A stretch of 64,000 bases of DNA from Spirochaetaceae bacterium (GCA_046541715.1 JBKHCS010000004.1:2486-66485); one strand, 5' to 3'; positions 1-9,366 are shown, numbered from the stretch's first letter. The notes: generated by a model not told the origin, from the sequence alone. Program-made: numbers and translations.

Positions 1-12
1 GAGGTAGAGGGC

Positions 13-48
13 AAAAACCATCCGGCGCCGGGGCCGGTTTCGGCGCCG
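13..48 (-). terminator. possible intrinsic terminator downstream of the carboxypeptidase gene
   Basis: A 7-bp GC stem (23-29 pairs with 42-48) has a 12-nt loop. On the minus strand it is followed, after a 5-nt spacer, by TTTTT (17..13). It lies about 95 nt past the stop at 143, so the assignment is weak. Confidence 0.3.
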
Positions 49-142
49 ACGAACCCCGAAGCCCGGAAGAGCGAAACCGCATCCGGCGGCAAATAGGATG
101 ACGCCCAGGGTACCCCAGGCGTATGGATGGCTTCCGAGAAAG

Positions 143-1669
143 CTAAGATAGGCGGTAAACATCCCGGTACTTCGCCTCCAGGTAGCCAAGAAAGGCCCCG
201 GGCCCGAGTCCGGCGCCGACGATGTCCGTGAGCAGCTCCGAAGGCAGCTTGGCGCTTCCGTGACGGTGAATATTGCTCCGGAGCCACCGGCGAATCGGCT
301 GGAAGTCCCCGGCTTCGATGAGCCCCTCGAAAGTGGGAAGGTCCTCTCGAAGCGCCTCGGTAAACTGGGCGGCGTAGAGATTTCCCAGGGCGTAGGTTGG
401 AAAGTAGCCGAAGCCCCCCATCGACCAGTGAATGTCCTGAAGCACGCCGTCGGCATCCCGCTCCGGCGCAATGCCCAAGAGCTCCCGGGACATCGCCTTC
501 CAGGCGGCGGGGAGCTCAGATACCTCCAACCGCCGGCTGATCAACTCGATTTCGAGGCGAAACCGCAAGATGACGTGAAGGCCGTAGGTAACCTCGTCGG
601 CCTCCACCCGGATTAGGCTGGGGGCTACCTTGTTGACGCCCCGAAAGAAGGCGTCCTGGTCGACGGAGTCCAACGCCCCCGGAAACAGCTCCTTGAGACG
701 CGGGAAGTAGCGGCGCCAGAAGCCGCGGCTCCGGCCGACGACGTTCTCCCAGAAACGGGATTGGGACTCGTGAACACCGAGGGAGGTTCCCTCGGCGAGA
801 AGTGAACCTCGGAGCGACTCTTCGAAGCCCATCTCGTAGAGAGCGTGCCCCGCCTCGTGGATAGTACCGAAGATGGCGGTCTGGAAAAGGTCCGGGTTGT
901 ACCGCGTGGTAATGCGAACGTCGTCGAAGCCGAGTGTCGTCGTAAAGGGATGGGTCGAGACATCCAAACGGCCCCGGGAGGAGTCGAACCCCAAGGCGGC
1001 GAGGATCTCGCGACTGAACTGCTCTTGGGCCCCGACGGAAAAATTACGGTGGAGAAAAGCGTCCTCTACCTGGGTCGCCCCCCGGATCCTATCGAGGAGG
1101 GCCGAGAGCCCCTCCTGAAGGCCGTCGAAGTTCCGCTGCACCTCCGAGGTCTTCATTCCCGGCTCGAACTCGTCGAGGAGCGGGTCGTAGGGGTGTTCCT
1201 CGTACCCAAGGAGGTCGGCCTTCTCCCGGACGAGCCGCAGGATCTCGGTAAGCGCCGGCTCGAAGGCGGAGAAATCGCTCGCCTGACGTGCCGCCTGCCA
1301 GACCGCCTGCCCCTTGCTCGTTTCTTGGGCAAGCGCTACGACGAGGCGCTCCGGGAGCTTGGTGGCGTGGATGTAGCGCCGGTATGCCTGCCGCAAGAAG
1401 GCACGGTCCGCCGGCGGGAGGGAGAGGTCGCCCCCGGGCTCTTCGTCGCCGCAGCCGAGGGCCGCGAATGCTTCGCCGTTTCTCGGGTCGACAACCCGCC
1501 GATGGATGAGCGCCTGGAGCAGGCTGATTTGCTCCGCCCGCTCGCCGATCGCCCGGGACGGCATGTAGGTCTCCTGATCCCATCCCAGAACGGCTGCCGT
1601 ATGGGCAAGAAGACAGACTTCCCGATCGCTTTCTCGCAGCAGCCCGAGGGCCTCGGTCTCTTTCATCAT
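143..1669 (-). CDS. M32-family (Taq-type) metallocarboxypeptidase
   Basis: 508-aa ORF. It has the HEAGHALYE (HExxH) zinc site plus the HESQSRFWEN and WDQETYMP motifs typical of M32 carboxypeptidases. GAGGTGG sits directly upstream of the ATG-ATG start. Confidence 0.9.
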   Translation of the reverse strand: MMKETEALGLLRESDREVCLLAHTAAVLGWDQETYMPSRAIGERAEQISLLQALIHRRVVDPRNGEAFAALGCGDEEPGGDLSLPPADRAFLRQAYRRYIHATKLPERLVVALAQETSKGQAVWQAARQASDFSAFEPALTEILRLVREKADLLGYEEHPYDPLLDEFEPGMKTSEVQRNFDGLQEGLSALLDRIRGATQVEDAFLHRNFSVGAQEQFSREILAALGFDSSRGRLDVSTHPFTTTLGFDDVRITTRYNPDLFQTAIFGTIHEAGHALYEMGFEESLRGSLLAEGTSLGVHESQSRFWENVVGRSRGFWRRYFPRLKELFPGALDSVDQDAFFRGVNKVAPSLIRVEADEVTYGLHVILRFRLEIELISRRLEVSELPAAWKAMSRELLGIAPERDADGVLQDIHWSMGGFGYFPTYALGNLYAAQFTEALREDLPTFEGLIEAGDFQPIRRWLRSNIHRHGSAKLPSELLTDIVGAGLGPGAFLGYLEAKYRDVYRLS

Positions 1670-1696
1670 CCACCTCGCTAGCAGACGTCGCGGCGT

Positions 1697-3037
1697 CTAA
1701 TGGACGTCGTACCGGCTCCCGCCGATAAACTCCCGAAGAATCGAGTCCCTCGGGACCATCTCTTCGGCGTCGACGTCCGGGATTTCATTAAGGAGCTTGT
1801 CGACCCGGAGGGCCCTCTCGTAGGCATCCCGGCGCTCCGGGTCTTCGGCGAGCTGCGCGACAAAATTCGGAAACCGCTCCGCGAGCCGGGGCTTCAGAAT
1901 CAACAGCTCGTAGGGCAAGAAGGTATTGATAATGCTCTCTGCAGTCCGAAGCCGGGAGACAATGTAGCGAAGCTCGCTCCGACGGACCAGGTACCAGTGC
2001 AGGAGGGTCTGCCGGGGATCGTAGCTTCTAAACTGCATGTCCCGAACCATCCGGCGCAAGAGGCGCACGTCGGTCCACCGGATAAATCGACGCTCATCAT
2101 CCTTTACCTGCGCCAAGGTTTCCAGGTAGAGGCGGTACTTTCTCTCCTCCGGGACCGAAACCGTCAGCTCGTCGTAGAGGCCGTGGTGGCTATCGATCAG
2201 GACGATGTCCCTTTCGTCGATCCGGAGACTCCGGGCGTCGGGAATCCGGCGTCCGTGCTTGAAGTCGTACTTCGGCAGGGCCACCTCCTTCCCCGCGAGA
2301 AGCTCTTTAAGGTGTAAGGCGAACAGCCCCAGGTCTAGGGCCTGGGGTGTTTCGAAGTCGTAGTCCCCCCGGGGGTCCTGGGGATGGGATTCGAGGTCGA
2401 AGAAGTAGTCGTCGACGCTTATGGGCACCAGGCGGCGGCCGGAGCCCTCGACGAGCTCGGCGATCTTTCGGGTCGTCGTTGTCTTCCCTGAGGAAGACGG
2501 GCCGGCGACGATGACCACCCGGAGCTCTTCCAGCCGGTCTGCCAGGGAGACCGAAAGCGATTGAAGCTGATCCCGGTAGAAGGTTTCCGAGACGTCGATA
2601 AGCTCGCCGAGGCGCCCGGCCTCAACCCACCGGCGGATCCCGGCGGTGTCGTAGCAGTCGTGGTCGATCGCCCAGGCAAGGGTCCCCCAGAGTATCTTGT
2701 AGGGAATGTTGTCCTGGGAGTAGGTTGCGCTCTCTCTACCCTGCCGCTTCAGCGCATGCTCGTACCGGTAGACGATGTAAGCTTTCGCCGTCTGGGCATG
2801 CCCTTCCTCTATCAGCACTTTTTCGACGGCGTCCTGGACCTCTTCGACCGTCGGGTAAGATAAATCCCCCGGCTCCCGAATCTGCTCCAGGTATTCAACG
2901 ACGCGATCCGCAATGTAGTCGGCCCGGTCCTTGTCCCTGCCGCCGACGGCGACGGCGGCACGAAAGATGGCAAAGGCTATCTTCTTCTTGTCGAACGGGA
3001 CGACCCGGCCGTCCCGTTTGACGATGTGCTGGATCAT
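1697..3037 (-). CDS. ATP-cone domain fused to a uridine kinase/PRK-family P-loop kinase
   Basis: The start is taken at the internal ATG 3037, where MIQHIVKRDGRVVPFDKKKIAFAI matches an ATP-cone N-terminus. This ATG overlaps the thrS stop as ATGA. The C-terminal half has the P-loop GPSSSGKTTT and Udk-like DDYF...PKYDFKHGRR segments. The 104 upstream codons in the ORF track lie inside thrS and are Arg/Gly-rich. Confidence 0.75.
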   Translation of the reverse strand: MIQHIVKRDGRVVPFDKKKIAFAIFRAAVAVGGRDKDRADYIADRVVEYLEQIREPGDLSYPTVEEVQDAVEKVLIEEGHAQTAKAYIVYRYEHALKRQGRESATYSQDNIPYKILWGTLAWAIDHDCYDTAGIRRWVEAGRLGELIDVSETFYRDQLQSLSVSLADRLEELRVVIVAGPSSSGKTTTTRKIAELVEGSGRRLVPISVDDYFFDLESHPQDPRGDYDFETPQALDLGLFALHLKELLAGKEVALPKYDFKHGRRIPDARSLRIDERDIVLIDSHHGLYDELTVSVPEERKYRLYLETLAQVKDDERRFIRWTDVRLLRRMVRDMQFRSYDPRQTLLHWYLVRRSELRYIVSRLRTAESIINTFLPYELLILKPRLAERFPNFVAQLAEDPERRDAYERALRVDKLLNEIPDVDAEEMVPRDSILREFIGGSRYDVH

Positions 3038-4809
3038 TGCACCCGGCTTTTCTCCGCGATTTCCGTCGCAAGACGCTGGGCAAACTCGGCGACGGAGATA
3101 GGCCCGCTCCGCTCGCCGGAGCGTCCCCGGACGGCGACCGAATGCCCCTCCTCTTCCTTCTCCCCGACGACGAGCATGTAGGGGATCTTCTGGGTCTGTC
3201 CCTGTCGGATCTTGGCGTTCATTCGTTCCTGGGAGAGGTCCGCGTCGACCCGGAAGCCGTCGGCCTTCAACTGAGCCGCGACCTTCTCCGCGTAATCGTT
3301 GAACGCCGGCGCCACGGGAATTACCACCGCCTGTACCGGCGCCAACCAAAGGGGGAAGGCGCCGCCGTAGTGCTCGATAAGGACCCCGAAGAAACGCTCG
3401 AGGGAGCCTAAAAGCGCCCGGTGAACCATGTAGGGACGTTTCTCCACCCCGTCGTTGTCGACAAAGGTCATCCCGAACCGGTCCGGCATGTTAAAGTCGA
3501 ACTGGATGGTCGTCATCTGCCATTCCCGTCCCAGGGCGTCCCGGATCTTCAGATCGATCTTGGGGCCGTAGAAGGCGCCGCCGCCTTCGTCGAGCTCGTA
3601 CTCGAGCCCTTTTTCTTCGAGGGATCGGCGGAGCGCTTCCTCGGCGACTCGCCACCGCTCCGGCTCCCCGACGCTCTTTTCCGGCTGGGTAGCCAGGTAG
3701 GGCTTGATGTCGGTAAAGCCGAAGTCGTGCCAGACCTCGAGGCTAAACCGGAGCACCTCGTCGATTTCATCTTGGATCTGCTCCGGCGTGCAAAAGATGT
3801 GCGCATCGTCCTGGGTGAATCCCCGGACCCGAAGAAGCCCGTGGAGTACGCCGCTCCGCTCGTACCGGTAAACTGTACCGAGCTCTCCCCACCGGAGGGG
3901 GAGATCTCGGTAGGAGCGCATCTGAGTCTGATAGATCATGATGTGGAACGGACAGTTCATCGGCTTGGCGTAGTAGTCGCTGTTGTCCATCTCCATCGGA
4001 GCGTACATGTTCTCTTTGTAGAACCCGAGGTGGCCGGAGGTCTCCCAGAGCCACGCCTTTCCGACGTGGGGCGTATGGAGAAGCTCGTAACCGTTGTCCA
4101 GGTGCTTCTTGCGCCAGTAGTCCTCCACCGCCAGACGAATCCGGGAGCCCTTGGGGTGCCAGTAGATCAGCCCGGGCCCGGCCTCTTCGTGGGTGGAAAA
4201 GAGGTCGAGCTCCCGGCCGAGGCGCCGGTGGTCTCGCTTCTCGATTTCCGCGAGATGGTCGAGGTGCTTCCGTAAATCCTTGGGCGTCTCCCAGGCGGTT
4301 CCGTAGATCCGTTGGAGCATCGGTCGCTTCTCGTCCCCCCTCCAGTAGGCCCCGGCCACAGTGAGCAGCTTAAAGGCCTTCGGGTGGAGCTGCTTCGTGG
4401 TCTCGACGTGGGGTCCCCGGCACAGGTCGGTAAAGGTGTCCTGGGTGTAGGTGGAGATAGTCTCGTCTTCCGGAAGATCGTCGATAAGCTCCTGTTTGTA
4501 GGGCTGGTCGGCGAAGAGCTTCTTCGCCGCCTCCCGGTCGAGCTCTTGCCGGACGAACTCATGGTCGCCGGCAGCAATGTCGCGCATGTTCTCTTCGATC
4601 TTCTCCAGGTCTTCCGGCGTCAAGCTCCGGGGAAGATCGAAGTCGTAGTAGAAGCCGTTCTCGATCGGGGGCCCGATGGCCAACTTGGCCTCGGGAAAGA
4701 GACGCAAAACCGCCTCGGCCATGACGTGAGCCGTCGAGTGGCGGACCCGGTAGAGTCGTTCTTCTTCGGTCAGCTCTTTGAAGGCGGCGGCCTTCTGCTC
4801 GGTGGACAT
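3034..4809 (-). CDS. thrS: threonine--tRNA ligase lacking the N-terminal TGS domain
   Basis: It carries the RHSTAHVMAEAV and CRGPHV editing-domain motifs, a class II core and an anticodon-binding C-terminus. The start is ATG 4809, with AAGGAG 6 nt upstream. The protein begins about 20 aa before the HxxxH motif, so there is no room for a TGS domain. Confidence 0.9.
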   Translation of the reverse strand: MSTEQKAAAFKELTEEERLYRVRHSTAHVMAEAVLRLFPEAKLAIGPPIENGFYYDFDLPRSLTPEDLEKIEENMRDIAAGDHEFVRQELDREAAKKLFADQPYKQELIDDLPEDETISTYTQDTFTDLCRGPHVETTKQLHPKAFKLLTVAGAYWRGDEKRPMLQRIYGTAWETPKDLRKHLDHLAEIEKRDHRRLGRELDLFSTHEEAGPGLIYWHPKGSRIRLAVEDYWRKKHLDNGYELLHTPHVGKAWLWETSGHLGFYKENMYAPMEMDNSDYYAKPMNCPFHIMIYQTQMRSYRDLPLRWGELGTVYRYERSGVLHGLLRVRGFTQDDAHIFCTPEQIQDEIDEVLRFSLEVWHDFGFTDIKPYLATQPEKSVGEPERWRVAEEALRRSLEEKGLEYELDEGGGAFYGPKIDLKIRDALGREWQMTTIQFDFNMPDRFGMTFVDNDGVEKRPYMVHRALLGSLERFFGVLIEHYGGAFPLWLAPVQAVVIPVAPAFNDYAEKVAAQLKADGFRVDADLSQERMNAKIRQGQTQKIPYMLVVGEKEEEGHSVAVRGRSGERSGPISVAEFAQRLATEIAEKSRVQ

Positions 4810-4898
4810 GTACTGCTCCTTAGTGGATTTGATGATCGAGGCTTTGACCCGCCCTGTCAACCGAAGGTAGCCACGGCCTCGCACGGAGGTCAAGGGAG

Positions 4899-4922
4899 GC
4901 CGGTGTCAGGGCCGGTGTCAGG
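4899..4922. repeat. 12-nt perfect tandem duplication (GCCGGTGTCAGG x2) spanning the glgX stop codon
   Basis: Positions 4899-4910 are identical to 4911-4922. On the minus strand this reads CCC TGA CAC CGG twice, which gives two in-frame TGA codons 12 nt apart. Confidence 0.8.
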
Positions 4923-7065
4923 GTGCCCGGGACAGCAGCACGACCATGGAATAGCGGCGGACAGGGTAGCGGCCGTCCTTCCCGATCGGTTCTTCTTCTC
5001 CGGCGTCCAGAAGTTCCTCCCCGGGCCCCTTGGCGGTGTCAATTACGCGGTACCAGTGGTTTCCGTTGGGAGCCGGAGGCACTACGAAACTGCGGTCCAC
5101 CCCGGTGCCGTTGAACATCACGAAGAAGTCGTTGTCGTCGACGTCCGCCCGGATCTCCGCCTTGCTCCCGTCTATTTGGAGAGCGAGGCAGTTGCGGCTG
5201 CTCCCCCAGTCGATCTCGGCGCCTTTGTCGTTGTACCAGGTAATATCCGGAATGGCGTTATAGGCGTTGTCGACACCGGTGTAGAACTCGGGCCGGAGGA
5301 AAGCGTGGTGGGCCAGGCGAAACCGGATGAGGCGCCGGACGAAATCCCGGAAACCCGGAAACCGCTCCCCCCGGGTGTAGTCGATCCAGGAGATGGGGTT
5401 GTCTTGACAGTAGGCGTTGTTGTTCCCCTGCTGGGTGCGGCCGACCTCGTCGCCCGCGAGGAGCATCGGCGTACCAAGGGACAACAGGAGCGTCGTGGCA
5501 AAGTTATTCATCTGACGGCGCCGGAGATCGAGAACCTCGGGTCGATCCGTTTCGCCTTCCACCCCGTAATTGGCGCTGTAGTTTGCATCGTGGCCATCCC
5601 GGTTATCCTCGCCGTTCACCTCGTTGTGCTTTCGGGTGTAACTGACCAGATCGTAAAGGGTAAATCCGTCGTGGCTCGTCACAAAGTTTATGCTATGGAA
5701 GGGCTTCCGGCCGTCCCGGAGGTAGAGATCCGAGCTCCCGGTAATCCGGGTGGCCAGGGCGGAGACCATCCCCCGGTCTCCCCGCCAGAATCGGCGGACG
5801 TCGTCCCGGTAGCGGTCGTTCCACTCCGCCCAGCGCCCACCGGGAAAAGAGCCGACCTGATACGCTCCGGCGGCGTCCCAGGCCTCGGCGATAATCTTGG
5901 TGTTCCGGAGGAGGGGATCCTCGGCTATCCGCTCGAGGATCGGCGGGTTCTCCATCAGGTTCCCCCGGCTATCCCGTCCGAGGACCGACCCGAGGTCGAA
6001 GCGGAACCCGTCGACATGCATCTCGACGACCCAGTACCGCAAACACTCGAGGATCAAGGTCCGGACTATTGGATGATTGCAGTTCATGGTGTTTCCGGTG
6101 CCGGTAAAGTTACGATAGAACCGCTTGTCATCCTCGAGCATGTAGTAGAGAAGGTTGTCGATGCCCCGGAAGCAGATCGTGGGCCCCAACTCGTTTCCCT
6201 CCCCGGTGTGGTTAAAGACGACATCCAGGATGACTTCGATCCCGGCTCTATGAAGCTCCCGGACCATCTCTTTGAACTCGGCCACCTGCCCGCCCCGGGT
6301 ACCGTCGCTGCAGTAGACTCCCGCCGGGGCGAAAAAACCGATGGTGTTGTATCCCCAGTAATCGACCAATTTCTCGCCGGTCTCCGGGTTCCGGCGTTCG
6401 ATGCCGTTCCGGTCGTACTCGTGGACGGGGAGGAGCTCCAGACTGGTAATGCCGAGTTCCTTCAGGTAGGGGATTATCTCGATGATGCCCCGGAAGGTTC
6501 CGGGGTGCTCGACGCGTGCGCTCGGGTGGGAGGTCAGGCCGCCGACGTGGGCCTCGTAGATAACGCTGAACCGGAGGGGATAGTTTAGAGGCCGGTCCCC
6601 CTGCCAGTCGAAGTCGTCGTCTACAACGACGCACTTGGGGACCCCGGGACCCGACGGCTCACTGGAAAAGCTCAGATCCTCGTCCGGGTCCCCCGGGACG
6701 TAACCCAGATTACTCGAGAGGTTCCAGGTGCCACCGCCGGTAAGGGCCTTTGCATAGGGATCAACGAGAAGCTTGTTGGCATTAAAGCGGTGGCCCCGGT
6801 GGGGCTCATAAGGGCCGTCGACCCGGTAGTTGTAGAGTGCCCCGGCCCCGAGACCCTCACAGTGGACGTGCCAGACGTCCCCCATGCGATTGTTCTCCGG
6901 GTGCAACTCCACCTCGACCGTCGGTCGGAGGTCCTCTTCCGATTCGAAGAGGCAGAGGTAGACCTTCGTGGCGTGCCGGGAAAAAAGGGAAAACTGGACA
7001 CCCGTCGGGGTTATAGAAGCGCCGTAGGGCCTAGGGTGCCCCGGCGTGGTCCGGATATCGATCAC
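4918..7065 (-). CDS. glgX: glycogen debranching enzyme (GH13, GlgX/isoamylase type)
   Basis: 715 aa. It has an N-terminal CBM48-like region and the GH13 motifs VILDVVFNHT, GFRFDL, EAWD and FVTSHD. The GTG start at 7065 overlaps the upstream stop (GTGA). Confidence 0.9.
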   Translation of the reverse strand: MIDIRTTPGHPRPYGASITPTGVQFSLFSRHATKVYLCLFESEEDLRPTVEVELHPENNRMGDVWHVHCEGLGAGALYNYRVDGPYEPHRGHRFNANKLLVDPYAKALTGGGTWNLSSNLGYVPGDPDEDLSFSSEPSGPGVPKCVVVDDDFDWQGDRPLNYPLRFSVIYEAHVGGLTSHPSARVEHPGTFRGIIEIIPYLKELGITSLELLPVHEYDRNGIERRNPETGEKLVDYWGYNTIGFFAPAGVYCSDGTRGGQVAEFKEMVRELHRAGIEVILDVVFNHTGEGNELGPTICFRGIDNLLYYMLEDDKRFYRNFTGTGNTMNCNHPIVRTLILECLRYWVVEMHVDGFRFDLGSVLGRDSRGNLMENPPILERIAEDPLLRNTKIIAEAWDAAGAYQVGSFPGGRWAEWNDRYRDDVRRFWRGDRGMVSALATRITGSSDLYLRDGRKPFHSINFVTSHDGFTLYDLVSYTRKHNEVNGEDNRDGHDANYSANYGVEGETDRPEVLDLRRRQMNNFATTLLLSLGTPMLLAGDEVGRTQQGNNNAYCQDNPISWIDYTRGERFPGFRDFVRRLIRFRLAHHAFLRPEFYTGVDNAYNAIPDITWYNDKGAEIDWGSSRNCLALQIDGSKAEIRADVDDNDFFVMFNGTGVDRSFVVPPAPNGNHWYRVIDTAKGPGEELLDAGEEEPIGKDGRYPVRRYSMVVLLSRAP

Positions 7066-7832
7066 CTCGCGTCCAGAAACTGCTTGAGAAGGCCGAGAAA
7101 TCCTTCCCGGTCGTCGGTGTGGACCCAGTGTCCCGCCTCCGGAAGGATGTGAATTTCCGGCTGTTCGAGGTACCTCCGAAAGAGCTCCTCGTCTTCCGGA
7201 TCGACGTAGCTCGAACGCCCCCCGGCGATAACCAGGGAGGGCCCGGCAAAGGTCGCCTGAATATCGGGCCAGGAAACAAGTTCGCGGTAGCGCCGGTCGA
7301 GGGCATCGAGGTTAATCCGCCATTCGTAGCCTCCGTCGGTCGGCACGAAGTTCTTGAGCAGAAAGGCGCGGATCGCGCGCTCCGGAATGCGCTCCGCGAG
7401 CACCTCGTCGGCCTCCTTTCGGGAGGAGCAATCGGCGGCGGAAACCTTCTTGAGGGCCTCGATAATGTAGCGATGCCGCTCTTCGTACACCTTCGGAGCT
7501 ACGTCGAGAATGACCAGGCGCCGAACGCGATCCGGGGCCTTGAGCGCCACCAGAAGCGCGACCTTTCCCCCGAGGGAGTGCCCCATAACGTCGAAGCGGT
7601 CTACCCCGGCGTCGTCGAGGGTCTCGAGGACGTCCTCGGCCATGCCGGTTAGGTCGAAGGCATCCTCGTGGGGGGACGCGCCGTGGTTTACTAGGTCGGG
7701 CATGAGACACCGCCTATCCGGTAGCTCCCGGGCGACGGAGGACCAGTTGTCCCCGGACCCGAAGAGTCCGTGGAGAATAACGAGGGGTTCGACGGAGGAG
7801 GAGGCCGACGATTCCCGAAGATGCAGCTTCAT
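7062..7832 (-). CDS. alpha/beta-fold hydrolase
   Basis: 256 aa from ATG 7832 (MKLHLRESS...). It has HGLFGS, the nucleophile elbow GHSLGG and a C-terminal GHWVH. The start overlaps the upstream stop as ATGA. The remaining 308 codons of the ORF-track entry are an Arg/Gly-rich alternative frame of the HAD gene. Confidence 0.8.
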   Translation of the reverse strand: MKLHLRESSASSSVEPLVILHGLFGSGDNWSSVARELPDRRCLMPDLVNHGASPHEDAFDLTGMAEDVLETLDDAGVDRFDVMGHSLGGKVALLVALKAPDRVRRLVILDVAPKVYEERHRYIIEALKKVSAADCSSRKEADEVLAERIPERAIRAFLLKNFVPTDGGYEWRINLDALDRRYRELVSWPDIQATFAGPSLVIAGGRSSYVDPEDEELFRRYLEQPEIHILPEAGHWVHTDDREGFLGLLKQFLDAR

Positions 7833-8635
7833 TGGGCCAACCTGACGATGTCGCCGATGCCGTCGAGAACAAAGTGAGGCTGGTACGGAAAGGTTCGAAG
7901 CTCCTCCCGGGAGGTAACGCCGCTGGTAACCAGGATGGTATCGATCTCCGACTCGAGGCCGGCGATTATGTCGGTATCCATCCGGTCCCCGATAATAAAG
8001 GTGTCCTCCCGGCGGCACTCGATTCGCCGGAGGGCCTGGCGCATCATCAGAGGATTCGGCTTTCCGACGAAGTAGGCCTTCATCCCGGTGGCCAGCTCCA
8101 CCGGGGCGGTAAGGGCACCGCAGGCCGGCACCAGACCCTGCTCCGCCGGCCCCGTGACGTCCGGATTGGTGCCGATCAGCTTGGCGCCTCCCTTTACGAG
8201 GTTTATGGCCCGCTCGAGCTTCTCGAAGCTGTAGGAGCGCGACTCTCCCATAACCACGTAGTCCGGGTTTACGTCGTTCATCGAAAACCCGGCGTTGTAG
8301 AGCGCGTTGGTAAGACCGGCGTCTCCGATTACGTAGACCGTTCCGCCGGGGCATTGCGATTTCAGAAAGCCGGCGGTTGCCAAGGCGCTGGTGTAGAAGT
8401 GCTCCTCCCCGACGTTGATTCCCAACCGGGCCATCTTCTGGACCAGCTCCTTCGGTGAACGCTCCGAGGAGTTCGTCAAAAAGAGAAAGGGATGCTCCGA
8501 GGTCTTGACCCAGTCGACGAACTCCCGGGCCCCGGGAAGCAACCGATTCCCGTGGTAGATAACCCCGTCCATGTCGCAGATGAATCCGCGCTTTGTCCTT
8601 AGTCGTGCTTTGAGTGCTTCTATATTCGCTTCCAT
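7829..8635 (-). CDS. HAD-IIA family sugar phosphatase (NagD-like)
   Basis: 268 aa from ATG 8635. It has the FICDMDGVIY (DxDG) motif, LTNSS and a C-terminal GDRMDTDI motif. Confidence 0.8.
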   Translation of the reverse strand: MEANIEALKARLRTKRGFICDMDGVIYHGNRLLPGAREFVDWVKTSEHPFLFLTNSSERSPKELVQKMARLGINVGEEHFYTSALATAGFLKSQCPGGTVYVIGDAGLTNALYNAGFSMNDVNPDYVVMGESRSYSFEKLERAINLVKGGAKLIGTNPDVTGPAEQGLVPACGALTAPVELATGMKAYFVGKPNPLMMRQALRRIECRREDTFIIGDRMDTDIIAGLESEIDTILVTSGVTSREELRTFPYQPHFVLDGIGDIVRLAQ

Positions 8636-8646
8636 GAGTCTCGCAG

Positions 8647-8675
8647 AATATAGCGCTAGGAAGGATATCGCGCAA
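8647..8675 (-). promoter_or_regulatory. sigma70-like promoter for the HAD/hydrolase/glgX operon
   Basis: TTGCGC-17-TATATT on the minus strand. The -10 ends 11 nt before ATG 8635 and there is no Shine-Dalgarno (SD) sequence in between. Confidence 0.3.
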
Positions 8676-8708
8676 ACCGTCGTTCCGCGAGTCGCCGCCA
8701 AAGAGGCT

Positions 8709-8737
8709 TTGACCGGGAGCGCCTCCTGTGGCATCCT
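8709..8737 (+). promoter_or_regulatory. sigma70-like promoter, leaderless geometry, for the HD-domain gene
   Basis: TTGACC-17-CATCCT, then 7 nt to ATG 8745, with no SD. Confidence 0.3.
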
Positions 8738-8744
8738 CCTTAAC

Positions 8745-9329
8745 ATGAGCGAGCACATTCCGACCCGAGAAGAAGCCTACGACCTACTGACCCGGTACAC
8801 CAAGACCGAGGGGCTGATCAAACACGCCCTCGCGGTGGAAGCCGTCATGCGCTACCAAGCGAGAAAGCGGGGACATGACGAAGAGAAGTGGGGGGTGATC
8901 GGACTGGTGCACGACCTGGACTGGGAGCAGTTCCCCGAGGAGCATTGCTCCAAAACCGAGTCCATTCTCCGGGAAGCTGGATGGCCCGAGGAGTACATCC
9001 ATGCCGTATTGAGCCACGCCTGGGGCATGTTTACCGACATCGAGCCGGAGCACGAGATGGAGAAGGTTCTCTACACCGTCGACGAGCTTACGGGGCTCAT
9101 AACGGCGACGGCGATTATGCGACCGTCGAAGAGCGTTCTCGACCTGACGCCGAAATCGGTCAAAAAGAAATGGAAGGATAGGAGCTTTGCCGCAGGTGTC
9201 GACCGGGAGGTCGTGCAAAAAGGCGCAGACATGCTCGGCGAAGAGCTCACCGGCGTGATGGAAGACACCATCGCCGGTATGCGGGAAGCCGCCGAGGAGT
9301 TGGGGCTAAAGGGAAACCCGGAAGGTTAG
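8745..9329 (+). CDS. HD/HDIG-domain metal-dependent phosphohydrolase
   Basis: 194 aa from ATG 8745. It has HALAVEAVM ... GLVHDLD (the H..HD signature). Upstream ORF-track codons overlap the divergent HAD gene. Confidence 0.75.
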   Translation: MSEHIPTREEAYDLLTRYTKTEGLIKHALAVEAVMRYQARKRGHDEEKWGVIGLVHDLDWEQFPEEHCSKTESILREAGWPEEYIHAVLSHAWGMFTDIEPEHEMEKVLYTVDELTGLITATAIMRPSKSVLDLTPKSVKKKWKDRSFAAGVDREVVQKGADMLGEELTGVMEDTIAGMREAAEELGLKGNPEG

Positions 9330-9338
9330 CCCCGGTGC

Positions 9339-9358
9339 CCGGAGGCCGACGCCTCCGG
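9339..9358. terminator. GC-rich hairpin between convergent genes (U-tract-less terminator candidate)
   Basis: CCGGAGGC cgac GCCTCCGG forms a perfect 8-bp stem. It lies in the 37-nt gap between the HD gene stop and the secF stop. There is no T-run on either side. Confidence 0.35.
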
Positions 9359-9366
9359 CCCAAATA

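Noticed and set aside
1-142. Possible 3' end of a plus-strand gene (frame 1 open to TAG at 94-96) or a short minus-strand ORF from ATG 82
   Set aside because: Both are too short and too low in complexity to support. No motif is present.
4312-6588. 758-aa ORF on the plus strand
   Set aside because: It is exactly antisense to glgX, which has unambiguous GH13 motifs. The translation is Gly/Val/Pro/Arg-rich with no motif. This is a typical shadow ORF of a GC-rich genome.
7833-8756. N-terminal extensions offered by the ORF track (hydrolase to 8756, ATP-cone kinase to 3349, trpCF to 63756, radical SAM to 40709, cNMP gene to 58345, galE from 29154, GNAT-like to 34751, lipoprotein to 37728)
   Set aside because: The extensions overlap the upstream gene in another frame, are Arg/Gly-rich, and precede internal starts that coincide with homology onset, SD or promoter signals, or ATGA stop/start overlaps.
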